Positions 1 through 12,092 of a stretch of DNA of 64,000 nt are shown piece after piece. Where the stretch lies: NCBI GenBank assembly GCA_028704635.1, contig JAQWFB010000002.1, positions 128,693-192,692 on the forward strand. The letters run 5' to 3'. A program made the position numbers and the translations under genes. Each line of letters opens with the position of its first letter. Position 1 is the first letter of the stretch. This DNA comes from Candidatus Shapirobacteria bacterium. GTDB taxonomy: Bacteria > Patescibacteriota > Microgenomatia > UBA12405. The notes beneath the pieces were generated by a model, which saw nothing but the letters and a program-made list of their open reading frames with translations, made no database searches and was not told the DNA's origin.

Positions 1-1094
1 TACCTCAACACACTCAATGGATCCAAATTCCCATTTGGACCTTTAATTTCAAAATGCAAATGAGTTCCAGTTGAACGACCAGTATTTCCCATTGTTCCAA
101 TTTTTTGTCCTTGTCTCACCACTTGTCCTGGTTGTACCACAATTGATCCAGTCACCATATGAGCATACAAAGTTGAATAACCATTACCATGATTAATCAC
201 CACATAATTACCATAACCACCACCATTCCATCCAGCACTCGTCACAGTTCCACCTTGTGCTGCCACGATTGGCGGATTACTATGATTAGCAATATCCACA
301 GCTCGATGATACCAATAATATTTTTGACTAATTGTTCCCGAAGTTGGCCACATAAAGTTACCCTCTCCTTTCACCCCTGCCACCGGTGCCACTGTTCTAG
401 CCGCATATCTAGTTGTATCCAAAACAGTTTCTTTAGGTTTAATTCCATCTGGAATAATCAATTCTTGTCCAGCACTCAACGCAAAAGTTTCATCATTACT
501 AAAAGTATTAAAAGGATAATCAATAATGTTTTGAGCATCGACTTGATAGGCCTTGGCAATACTATAAATAGTTTCTCCTCTTTTTACTTTATATCGAACT
601 CCAGTCACCGGTAAAATTTTTAAAATCTGTCCCACTTTAATCGAATCGACCGTTTTCAAACTGTTTTCCCACATAATTGTATCAATCGTCACTCCAAATT
701 TTAGAGCGATTGACGACACCGTATCTCCATTAGCCACCCGATATTCTGTTGTTTCTCCTTTTGGTAATTCTGAGACCAAAGTATCCGCTCCACTATTATC
801 CGCGGCCATAATTAAATAAGTACTTCCCTCTCCATTATTACTACTATTAATCAAGTTTTCCAATTGACTCGAAAAAACTATTGTTAAAAAAGATAAAATT
901 GCCATACTGGCTCCAATAAAAGTCTGAGAAAATCTACCCCTTTGTCTATACATTGTCTTAGAAGTTATGATTTTCAAAAACCCAGCCCAACCCAAAAAAG
1001 TTTTCCCAAATCCATTCAAAAATCTCCCCTGTGCTTTTAGGAATTCACTCCACAATTTAATTTCACTATTAATATTTTCTTTTAAGTCCGACAT
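1..1094 (-). CDS. LysM-domain M23 family peptidoglycan peptidase. The C-terminal end runs off the window; the ATG is at 1094..1092.
   Basis: The minus-strand translation gives MSDLKENINSEIKLW... and contains LysM-like segments (YKVKRGETIYSIAKAY) plus the M23 catalytic motifs HRAVDI and GNTGRSTGTHLHFEI. No stop was seen in this frame by manual translation, so the ORF continues past position 1. Confidence 0.75.
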   Translation of the reverse strand, partial: MSDLKENINSEIKLWSEFLKAQGRFLNGFGKTFLGWAGFLKIITSKTMYRQRGRFSQTFIGASMAILSFLTIVFSSQLENLINSSNNGEGSTYLIMAADNSGADTLVSELPKGETTEYRVANGDTVSSIALKFGVTIDTIMWENSLKTVDSIKVGQILKILPVTGVRYKVKRGETIYSIAKAYQVDAQNIIDYPFNTFSNDETFALSAGQELIIPDGIKPKETVLDTTRYAARTVAPVAGVKGEGNFMWPTSGTISQKYYWYHRAVDIANHSNPPIVAAQGGTVTSAGWNGGGYGNYVVINHGNGYSTLYAHMVTGSIVVQPGQVVRQGQKIGTMGNTGRSTGTHLHFEIKGPNGNLDPLSVLR

Positions 1095-1143
1095 GACTTT
1101 TATATTATATCAATTAAATTAAAATCCCTCTCGGCTTCGCCGC

Positions 1144-1167
1144 TTCTCCCTTTGACTAAAGGGAGAC
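1144..1167. repeat. Palindromic element (short form) TCTCCCTTTGACTAAAGGGAGACT
   Basis: The TTGAC/GTCAA-centred inverted repeat shared by the element family. Confidence 0.6.
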
Positions 1168-1183
1168 TCTTTTATTTTATTTA

Positions 1184-1236
1184 GGCCCCCTTTTGTCAAA
1201 GGGGGCAAACGAACGAAGTGAGTTGGGGGATTTTTA
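1184..1236. repeat. Palindromic element GGCCCCCTTTTGTCAAAGGGGGC + AAACGAACGAAGTGAG + TTGGGGGATTTTTAC
   Basis: Has the same tripartite structure and CGAAC.AAGTGAG middle as the copy at 35482-35530. Confidence 0.75.
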
Positions 1237-2583
1237 CTTTTTTCCTATCTTATCCAAAAATTCCTGATTATTTTTAGTTTTAGCCATCTGGCCCAAAATC
1301 ATTTCCGTCGTTTCTTCGCTCTTACCTAAAGCATCAAACATTCTTCTAATTGAAATAATTTTAGCCATCACTGTTGGTTCTAAGAGTAGATTTTCCATTC
1401 TAGTTCCTGATCTCAAAATATCGAAAGCTGGGAAAATTCTTCTCTCAGCCAAATTTCTTTCCAATCTTAATTCCATATTGCCAGTTCCTTTAAATTCTTC
1501 AAAAATCAAATCATCCATTTTTGAACCAGTATCCACTAATGCTGTTCCAATAATAGTCAACGAACCACCATTTTCAATTTTTCTAGCCGCCCCAAAAAAT
1601 CTTTTTGAGGGGTATAAAGCTGCTGGGTCAAAACCACCCGACAATGTTCTACCTGAAGTTGGAATTGCTAAATTATAAGCTCGAGCCAATCTTGTAATTG
1701 AGTCAAACACAATTACCACATCTTTACCCATTTCCACTAATCTTTTAGCTCTTTCCATGGCAATTTCAGCCGATCTGGTTTGATCTTCTGGTTTTTGATC
1801 AAAAGAAGACGCCACCACTTCACCTTTAATAAATCTTTGCATATCAGTTACTTCTTCTGGTCTTTCACCTACCAACACTGCCATCAAATGAGCTTCTGGA
1901 TAATTAATTGCCACTCCAGCCGCAATTTCTTTTAATAAAGTTGTTTTACCAGCTTTTGGTGGTGACACCACCATTCCTCTTTGACCAAATCCAATTGGTG
2001 AAAATAAATCAATTATTCTCGTCGAATAAATATCTGAATTTGTTTCCAATTTAATCTGTTTTTGAGGATAAATTGGCACTAAATCTTTAAAGTCCGGTCG
2101 GTTTTGCACTTGAGCTAAATCTAAGCCATTAACTTTATCAATTCGAGTCATTGCCCAATATTTTTCATTTTCTTTTGGTGCTTTGGCCTGACCTAAAATC
2201 ATATCCCCTGCTCGAAGTCCATATCGTCGAATTTGCATTGATCCAATAAAAGCATCTCTAATAGTTGGAATAAATTTAGGTCTCACAAATCCCTGTCCGT
2301 CCTGCATTATTTCCAATGCCCCCACAATTGTCTCTGTTTGAACTGGAGCCGGTGGATTATAACGAGGTATTTGTTGTTGTGGTGATCTTGATATTTGAGT
2401 TTGTGGTTGTTGAACCGGTGGTTTAACAAAACTTACAACATTATTATCTTTTTTAATTTCTTCAGCTTTCACTTCTTCTTTTACCTCAACAATATTCTGT
2501 TTTACAGAATTAGCTTTAATTTCTGAAACCTCAGCTTTAACAAGTTCAGAAACAACAACATCGTCGGTTTTTTTCTTTATCAT
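1234..2583 (-). CDS. rho: Transcription termination factor Rho
   Basis: The 449-aa protein has P-loop SPPKAGKTTLL, the LVGERPEEVTDM motif, RLARAYN and a C-terminal RNA-binding region. The low-complexity N-terminal insertion is typical of divergent Rho proteins. Confidence 0.95.
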   Translation of the reverse strand: MIKKKTDDVVVSELVKAEVSEIKANSVKQNIVEVKEEVKAEEIKKDNNVVSFVKPPVQQPQTQISRSPQQQIPRYNPPAPVQTETIVGALEIMQDGQGFVRPKFIPTIRDAFIGSMQIRRYGLRAGDMILGQAKAPKENEKYWAMTRIDKVNGLDLAQVQNRPDFKDLVPIYPQKQIKLETNSDIYSTRIIDLFSPIGFGQRGMVVSPPKAGKTTLLKEIAAGVAINYPEAHLMAVLVGERPEEVTDMQRFIKGEVVASSFDQKPEDQTRSAEIAMERAKRLVEMGKDVVIVFDSITRLARAYNLAIPTSGRTLSGGFDPAALYPSKRFFGAARKIENGGSLTIIGTALVDTGSKMDDLIFEEFKGTGNMELRLERNLAERRIFPAFDILRSGTRMENLLLEPTVMAKIISIRRMFDALGKSEETTEMILGQMAKTKNNQEFLDKIGKK

Positions 2584-2717
2584 TTTTTTTGGAAATTTAT
2601 AATCAATTAAATAAATTACTTCTGTAAAGGCGTGACTCGCCTAAAAACAAACAGTAAAACGGGAAATCTTCTTAATTCAAACCAATTTTAATAGTTTTTT
2701 TCCATTAAGTCAACAAT

Positions 2718-3983
2718 TTGTTATCATCATTTATGAACGAGCCTTTTATTCCTATTCAATCTCCTAAGTTACCAATACCAATTTGCGCACCAATTTCAAA
2801 AAAATCCCCCTTTAATCAAACAGTCATAATTACTATTGTTGTCGGATTTGAACTGTTTCTCTATGGCTTACTAACTCAAATCACTGAATCACTCAAATTA
2901 TCCGTATACACTGCAGTAGGAATACTACTCATTATTACTAGCTTGGTTCTAGTCAAAAATCAAAAATATGGAAAAATACTATTTTCCATTATTACTTGGA
3001 CAATTACCCTATCTATTTTAATCCTCACCCTTTTAATTATAATCAATCCATTCGGTATATTATTTCTTATTGCACTTACGGCAAATTTTTCAACTGAAAC
3101 TATAGCTCAAATAGGATTCATAATTGGTCTAAATATTTATATGCATTCAGCCAACAAAACACTGTCTGATTACATAAAACACAACACAGTCCAAACATTA
3201 AATATAACAAGTAAATTACTATATTTTGGTCTATTTATAATTTGTTTATCAATGGCTACTTTTTTGTATCCCTTAATATATCCATCGCAAGGAAAAGCCA
3301 AGGAATTTAAGTCATATCTCGAGAATAAATATCACGAAAAATTTGAGTTGTCTAATTTTAAAACCACCAGCAAATATGAAAACTCCTTTGTTTCTTGTGA
3401 TGAGTTAATTGCCACCGCTCATCCAAAAAATAACCACGAAATAACTTTTGAAGTTAGTAGTTTTATTAGAAATTGTAAAGGCTACGATAAATACTACGAC
3501 GACTATATTGATAAATCTTTAAAATACAAAATAAGTAAAAAAATAAAAGAAGTTTTTGGTGTAACACCTAAATACGACATAGACTTATCATTCGATTCAA
3601 GAGGACAGACTAGTAATAAAAATATTCAACCAATTTTAACTCTCAGCATATTTATAGAATCTTCATTAACAAAAGATAACGTCAACCTATCAGAAGAACA
3701 AATTCGTGAAATGTCCAACTATATTGTCAACGAACTTGGATTAACAGAATTCTATTTCTACTACATAATAAAAAGCCAACTTTCTGCCGACGAATTCCAA
3801 AGGTTGCAAATAGAACCAGGTATTAAAGTAAATTGCCAAGAAAAATTTTCCATTGATTACAACAATTACCAGCAAATAAATACCGATGTTAATCTAAAAA
3901 AATATTATTCACCAAAAGAGTGTATTTATAACCTAGGAAAATCTCAAACCAGTATCAACTATGTTGATACTTACCCTAATTAA
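2718..3983 (+). CDS. Hypothetical membrane protein with several N-terminal TM helices and a soluble C-terminal part
   Basis: Long 421-aa ORF with a hydrophobic N-terminus. No motif I recognise. Confidence 0.5.
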   Translation: MLSSFMNEPFIPIQSPKLPIPICAPISKKSPFNQTVIITIVVGFELFLYGLLTQITESLKLSVYTAVGILLIITSLVLVKNQKYGKILFSIITWTITLSILILTLLIIINPFGILFLIALTANFSTETIAQIGFIIGLNIYMHSANKTLSDYIKHNTVQTLNITSKLLYFGLFIICLSMATFLYPLIYPSQGKAKEFKSYLENKYHEKFELSNFKTTSKYENSFVSCDELIATAHPKNNHEITFEVSSFIRNCKGYDKYYDDYIDKSLKYKISKKIKEVFGVTPKYDIDLSFDSRGQTSNKNIQPILTLSIFIESSLTKDNVNLSEEQIREMSNYIVNELGLTEFYFYYIIKSQLSADEFQRLQIEPGIKVNCQEKFSIDYNNYQQINTDVNLKKYYSPKECIYNLGKSQTSINYVDTYPN

Positions 3984-4583
3984 CCAAAAATAGAGTTGAA
4001 AGTAGAAGACCTGCCCCCTCTTCTACTCTCAACTCTATTCTCAAAGCTAAATTAATTTAATTTAACCCACAGATCGGTTAATCTTAATTTGACTTTTAGA
4101 CCAAATTTACCTATCTTAGATGTTGAAGAAACAATGTTATTCGTGTTCCACCTGCTTTGAGAACATCGGTAGCCTTGTTTCTTTTTCGTTTCTTTAGCTA
4201 AAAATTCAAGTCGTAGATGATGAATTTTTGTCTAAAGACACGATACCGGCAAAGCCGGTATATAGCCGATTTATCGGAGTATCTTACATCAAAATCAACT
4301 TTCCTCTAAGCTTTCCCATCTCTTTAAACTGTTTTTCCGCCCAAGCATCTTTTTTCTTGCCGGACTTTTTTGCGCTTTTAGAAGAAAACATTTTTTTAAT
4401 TAGTTGAAGCATTGATTTAGTATAACGTGGTTTTTACAGTTGTCTATATCCTATATTAATTTGCCTCCCTAAAACTCACCATCCTATATTTTTTTATTTA
4501 TAAAAATTAGGTTTATTTTCACCACTTTTAAACCATTTTCAGTCATTGTGGAAAACTCAAGGATAACTTTAGTTATCCGCAGC

Positions 4584-4610
4584 CCCGCCACTGCGGGGTC
4601 GTTTTTCCTT
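4584..4610 (+). terminator. Intrinsic-terminator-like hairpin CCCCGCCACTGCGGGG followed by TCGTTTTT
   Basis: A GC stem with a 4-nt loop and a T-run. It is flanked by two further perfect palindromes (4561-4578 and 4618-4645). Confidence 0.45.
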
Positions 4611-4617
4611 CTTTTTG

Positions 4618-4645
4618 TAGGGTACAGGCATGCCTGTACCCTACC
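4618..4645. repeat. 28-bp perfect palindrome GTAGGGTACAGGCATGCCTGTACCCTAC (family copy 1)
   Basis: Exact inverted repeat. Related copies lie at 6923-6950 and 18571-18598. Confidence 0.85.
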
Positions 4646-4753
4646 GAAACCAGACCATGAAAAAAGGCCCCGATTGAAAATTAAAAATAAATAACGCGTG
4701 TGCGTCACCAATTTTTAATCCCCTTTCAGAGCCCATCAAACCAAAGGACAAAT

Positions 4754-5179
4754 CTACTTATTTGAGCAAGGAATAATATCAGATTTATACTCGGAAGCAA
4801 TTGTGTTCCATTTAATATTGAAACCATTTCCAAAAAATGATTTTTTGATTCTGATTTCAACAAATTCCGAAAAGTAAATTGGAAATGAAATATCTCCATC
4901 AATTTCCATCGGTTTTACAAAAACCAATGATGCAATTCCTTTTCCAAAACACTTATACAAACCTTCAATGTCAGAAAAAATATCCACATGGTTAAACCTG
5001 TCATCGACAACAATTGCCAAGACATCACCCTTTTTTATAGTTCTCCTAACAAAACCTGAGATTCCAGCCATACAAACCAAAACCTCAACTCCGGGATAAG
5101 TTTTTTTAATAGATTCTTCCAATAACGGATATTTGTCCAAAACATTTTGTAAAACTACAACCGTACCAATTTTTTTCAT
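4754..5179 (-). CDS. Hypothetical protein
   Basis: 141-aa ORF with coding-like composition. No recognised motif. Confidence 0.45.
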   Translation of the reverse strand: MKKIGTVVVLQNVLDKYPLLEESIKKTYPGVEVLVCMAGISGFVRRTIKKGDVLAIVVDDRFNHVDIFSDIEGLYKCFGKGIASLVFVKPMEIDGDISFPIYFSEFVEIRIKKSFFGNGFNIKWNTIASEYKSDIIPCSNK

Positions 5180-5370
5180 TCACTATCACCCTTTTTTTTT
5201 ATTCTGCCTAGGCAGTAATCTGGACGCTCCTCCGTCCACAGTACCGCCTACGAGAATATTTCGATTTATCTTTTAATTTTAAAAGTACTTAAACAACCCC
5301 ACTTTTTACGCTTTATATAAATAGTGTAATTATTTAATTCTCGACATTATATATTATAAGACGCAAAAAG

Positions 5371-6714
5371 TCAAGTTTTCAACTCAGACACATTCCTAAT
5401 TTCCACCAATTTCCTTCCTAAACTCTCCGCTTCCTTTTTCCTTTTTTCCAAATTCCTCACTTTTCTCACTTCCCCCAACAAACTCACCTCCCCCACCCAA
5501 ACCGGCAAAGTTTTTCTCCCCTCCTTGTCAAAGGAGGGGGTGGGGGTGGATTTATACGAACTCCATATTGCTACCAACACCGCCAAATCTGCTGCCGTCT
5601 CCTCAATTTTCACTCCACCCGTCACCGACAAAAACACATCATACTTATATAAAGGTACCCCTAAACTTTTTTGAGCAATCGCTATCATCAACTGTCCCCG
5701 ATTATAATCAATCCCCGAAAAAATCCTTTTTGGCATCGGTGCAAAACTTTCCACCACCAAAGCCTGAATTTCCAATATCATTGGTCGAGTCCCCTCCATC
5801 ACCACCGTCACTGCACTCCCAATTTTATTTTCACCATTTTCAATTAAATTAATTTCTTCCGATTTAATTTCTCGAAGTCCTTTTTCTTCCATTTTAAAAA
5901 CTCCCACCTCATCTGTCGGACCAAACCGATTTTTACTAGTTCGAAGAATTCTCAAATCGCCATTTTTTTCTCCCTCAAAATACAACACCGTGTCCACCAT
6001 GTGTTCCAACAATTTTGGTCCAGCAATATCCCCGTCTTTCGTCACGTGTCCCACAATAAAAATTGCCATCCCTTTTTTCTTTGCCATTTGTATTAATCGA
6101 AAAGTCGATTCTTTAATTTGACTCACCGACCCTATTACTCCCGTCGCATTTTCACAATTCATGACCTGAATCGAGTCCACCACTGCTATTTTGTATAACT
6201 TTTGTGTTCGATCCAAAAACTCCTCTAATTCATCAATCGAATTTGTGCCTAAAACATCGAAGTTATTAGCATTTAAACCTAACCTTTTTACTCTTAACCC
6301 AATTTGCTCTGCCGATTCCTCCCCAGCCACATACAATCCCCCTATCTTTCCAATTAATTGTGTTAATAAAGTGCTCTTTCCAATCCCTGGTTCACCCGCA
6401 AACAGTACCGCCGACCCCTGAACAATTCCTTTACCCAAAACTCTATCAAATTCCCCTATAGTAGTTGAAAACACACTGTTATTATTTACTGGTTTTAACA
6501 AATTTTCATTATCCATTTTCCCTAAATTTCTCACTTCCAATTTCTCTCCCAATACTCTTTTTCTTTTACTTGATAAACTTGACGAACTTGAAAAACTTTT
6601 AACTTCTTTAAGTGAATTCCACTCTCCACAACCACTACACTGCCCCGCCCATTTTCCAAATTCATTTCCACAATTACTACACACAAAAACAGTCTCTTTA
6701 TTTTTCATTACCAA
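5371..6714 (-). CDS. radA: DNA repair protein RadA/Sms
   Basis: Shows an N-terminal C4 zinc ribbon (CSNCGNEFGKWAGQCSGCGEW), Walker A GEPGIGKSTLL, the RadA-specific KNRFG motif and a Lon-like C-terminal domain. It also contains in-frame repeat insertions (5516-5555 and 6568-6608). Confidence 0.9.
   Translation of the reverse strand: MVMKNKETVFVCSNCGNEFGKWAGQCSGCGEWNSLKEVKSFSSSSSLSSKRKRVLGEKLEVRNLGKMDNENLLKPVNNNSVFSTTIGEFDRVLGKGIVQGSAVLFAGEPGIGKSTLLTQLIGKIGGLYVAGEESAEQIGLRVKRLGLNANNFDVLGTNSIDELEEFLDRTQKLYKIAVVDSIQVMNCENATGVIGSVSQIKESTFRLIQMAKKKGMAIFIVGHVTKDGDIAGPKLLEHMVDTVLYFEGEKNGDLRILRTSKNRFGPTDEVGVFKMEEKGLREIKSEEINLIENGENKIGSAVTVVMEGTRPMILEIQALVVESFAPMPKRIFSGIDYNRGQLMIAIAQKSLGVPLYKYDVFLSVTGGVKIEETAADLAVLVAIWSSYKSTPTPSFDKEGRKTLPVWVGEVSLLGEVRKVRNLEKRKKEAESLGRKLVEIRNVSELKT
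5516..5555. repeat. Palindromic element inside radA, in frame (encodes TPTPSFDKEGRK)
   Basis: CTCCCCTCCTTGTCAAAGGAGGGGGTGGGGGTGGATTTAT. Confidence 0.75.
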
Positions 6715-6922
6715 TTATACTAGATAAATAAAATTTAAATTCGCAGTTGCAATTTTTTATGGCCTTGAACGTGGGCGACCACATTCACCAGACATAAAAA
6801 ATTCTGTAACTAGAATTTCAATTTAAAAGATAAATTAATCAGAAAAATTTAAAAAAACATTTCTAGGGCCTCTCACGAAGTCACCACCAAAAATCCCCCT
6901 ATTACAGGGGGATTTTTATACT

Positions 6923-6950
6923 GTAGGGGACAGGCATGCCTGTACCCTAA
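6923..6950. repeat. Palindrome GTAGGGGACAGGCATGCCTGTACCCTAA (family copy 2, one arm mismatch), 16 bp downstream of the rpsA stop
   Basis: Shares the CAGGCATGCCTG core. It is preceded by the AAAATCCCCCT...AGGGGGATTTT hairpin (6888-6917). Confidence 0.8.
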
Positions 6951-6965
6951 CAAAAAACACACAAA

Positions 6966-8081
6966 TTATTTATAAATCACATTCTTCTTACTTGTCTCTA
7001 CAATTCCCAAAGAGATCTTTCTCTTTTGGACATCAATGCTTTCAATGTAGACTTGGACTTTTTCACCTTCTTTCACCGACACTCCACCAGTCAATTTAGA
7101 AATATGAATTAATCCTTCAACACCAGTTTCCAATTTAACCAAAGCTCCAAAGTTGGCAATTCGAACTACTTCACCCTCAACTTCTTTATCTTTTGGATAT
7201 TTTTCTTCAATTACTGACCATGGATCATCAGATAATCTTTTGATTGAAAATTGCAATCTGCTATCATCTTTATTAATCAATTTAATTTTAATTTTATCTT
7301 TAGCTCTATACATTTGCGATAAGTCATTCACTTTTTCCCAAGAAATTTCTGAGATATGAACCAATCCTTCCAAATTCAAAGGAGCTCCTTTGTTATCAGT
7401 GTTAACTCTCACAAAGATGCCAAATGGTTCCACTCTAACGATATCAGCATCAAATACATCCCCAACTGCTAAATTTTCAATTGCTCCAACTTCCTCACCC
7501 ACTTTTTCCGGTTCAGACACTAATCTTTCAGAGAAAACCAATCTATTTTTAGCTTGATCAACTTCCAAAACTTTAGTTTTAATTTTTTTACCCATCATCT
7601 TATCTGGGTCACCATCATATTTACCTCCAATTTGAGAACCTGGAATAAATCCAAAAAAGCCAAAAGGTGCCACAACCACTGCTCCGCCTCGATTTAATTC
7701 CTTAGCAAAAACAGTCACTTCGCCACCTGATTTTTCTTTTTCTTTAAAATAATTCCAACCATAACCACTAGCTGCTCCACGAATGGAAGCTAAAATTTGA
7801 CCTTTATCATTTTCTGGACTTTTAATTTGAACTTCAATTTCATCGTTGAGTTTCAAATCCGCTACATAGTCTTTCACAAATTCAAATTCTTTACCAGCAA
7901 CTACTGCATCAGTTTTACCACCAACATCAATATAAATTGCTTTATTTTTAATTGCTGTAATTCTTCCTTTAACGTCTTGTCCTTTTTTAAGTCCAGTCAA
8001 TTGGATTCCTTCCATTTTCAAAAGATCCGCCATTGTTAAAGCAGCATCACTCTTTTTTACTTTTTTTTCTTTTTTAGCCAT
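6966..8081 (-). CDS. rpsA: Ribosomal protein S1-like protein with four S1 RNA-binding domains (short form)
   Basis: Repeated S1-domain signatures (GKVTAIKNKAIYIDVGG, FGIFVRV, GEVVRIANFGALVKL, GLIHISKL) in a 371-aa protein. Confidence 0.75.
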   Translation of the reverse strand: MAKKEKKVKKSDAALTMADLLKMEGIQLTGLKKGQDVKGRITAIKNKAIYIDVGGKTDAVVAGKEFEFVKDYVADLKLNDEIEVQIKSPENDKGQILASIRGAASGYGWNYFKEKEKSGGEVTVFAKELNRGGAVVVAPFGFFGFIPGSQIGGKYDGDPDKMMGKKIKTKVLEVDQAKNRLVFSERLVSEPEKVGEEVGAIENLAVGDVFDADIVRVEPFGIFVRVNTDNKGAPLNLEGLVHISEISWEKVNDLSQMYRAKDKIKIKLINKDDSRLQFSIKRLSDDPWSVIEEKYPKDKEVEGEVVRIANFGALVKLETGVEGLIHISKLTGGVSVKEGEKVQVYIESIDVQKRKISLGIVETSKKNVIYK

Positions 8082-8225
8082 AATTTTACACTCCCGCTAC
8101 TGCGGGATTAAAAAAAATCTCCCAATTACTTGGGAGCTTTCGCGGGATTGGTTACCCCAAATAAATTATTAAAATATATTTTGAATTTATTGAACCGAAA
8201 TTAGTTAATTCGACGAGATGATATT

Positions 8226-8300
8226 TTTTCGCGCGCAACATCCGAGGTGCAATGCCGAAGGGCGTGAGCACGACAAAAATGTTATCGAGTCGAAAAATAA
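8226..8300. repeat. Conserved GC-rich element (core CGCGCGCAACATCCGAGGTGCAATGCCGAAGGGCGTGAGCACG, 8230-8272), copy A, just 3' of the 5S rRNA
   Basis: The 43-nt core is identical to 29930-29972, and the flanks are also similar (ATCGAGTC[G/A]AAAAAT). Confidence 0.85.
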
Positions 8301-8314
8301 TTTAGTTTCTGAAT

Positions 8315-8431
8315 TCTGGCCACGACCTATCTTCAGGATCCCTTGCGGGAAGACTATTGTCAGCGCTAAAGCGTTTCACTTCTCTGTTCGAAATGGGAAG
8401 AGGTGGGTCCACCTCGCTCCAATGACCAGAG
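8315..8431 (-). rRNA. rrf: 5S ribosomal RNA
   Basis: The reverse complement reads CUCUGGUCAUUGGAGCGAGGUGGACCCACCUCUUCCCAUUUCGAACAGAGAAGUGAAACGC...GUCGUGGCCAGA. This matches the 5S consensus (helix I pairing UCUGGUCA with GGCCAGA; the CCGAAC-like loop C region). The ends are approximate to within about 3 nt. Confidence 0.8.
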
Positions 8432-8539
8432 TTCAAAAACTAAACTTGTATCGAATTGTAATTATATTTCTAATTTCTTGTTTTAATTTGCTAAATTATT
8501 AAAATTTTTACTTGAAAAACTTTATAAACTTGACAAACT

Positions 8540-11590
<3,051 letters not shown>

Positions 11591-11764
11591 TCAATATTTG
11601 GCAACTCAATTTAGTTGCCAAGAATAAACGAAATTGAAATTAAATTACTTCGATTCAATAAATTGTTAATGTACAAATACTTAGTTTAAGGGAACAAATT
11701 TCTTTCTTCCCTTAGTTCTAACTACTTTATAACTTGATAAACTTTATAACTTTTTACTCAAGTG

Positions 11765-11838
11765 TGGACCTGGGGAGAGTCGAACTCCCGACCTCCTCAT
11801 TGCAAATGAGGCGCTATAACCAACTAAGCCACAGGCCC
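11765..11838 (-). tRNA. tRNA-Ala (anticodon UGC)
   Basis: The reverse complement GGGCCUGUGGCUUAGUUGGUUAUAGCGCCUCAUUUGCAAUGAGGAGGUCGGGAGUUCGACUCUCCCCAGGUCCA folds as a cloverleaf. The G3:U70 identity pair is present, the anticodon loop is UUUGCAA, and CCA is not encoded. Confidence 0.9.
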
Positions 11839-12092
11839 AAGTGCCCACTTCTTTAAAGTACTGCTTCGGGTTTATCCTGCCGTAGCCTTGGCGAAGGCGG
11901 ACATAAAAAAACCGAAAGCTCAATGCCTTCGGCCATTCCTTCATTATTCAACTTACTTTTTAAGCGGGCAATCCCCCTTTAATAAAGTTTTTATTGTTTT
12001 TTAGGTTGGTTTTCAGCATCTCGATAAGTGGAAGTATTCTACCTAATTTAGATATCTCCGTCAACACGCAAATTTGATTACAAACGAATCAC

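Noticed and set aside
189-614. 141-aa plus-strand ORF
   Set aside because: It is antisense to the clearly conserved M23/LysM peptidase reading frame, and its amino-acid composition is odd (rich in His, Cys and Ile).
4484-4711. 75-aa minus-strand ORF
   Set aside because: It is translated straight through three perfect palindromic hairpins, so it is intergenic structure and not a gene.
8218-8502. 94-aa plus-strand ORF
   Set aside because: It overlaps the 5S rRNA (minus strand) and the conserved GC-rich element. It is not coding.
11620-11764. Pairing of the AACTTGATAAACTT-containing spacers (11724-11758 and 8510-8547) to form the 23S RNase III processing stem
   Set aside because: The two segments carry the motif in the same orientation (direct, not inverted), so they cannot base-pair with each other.
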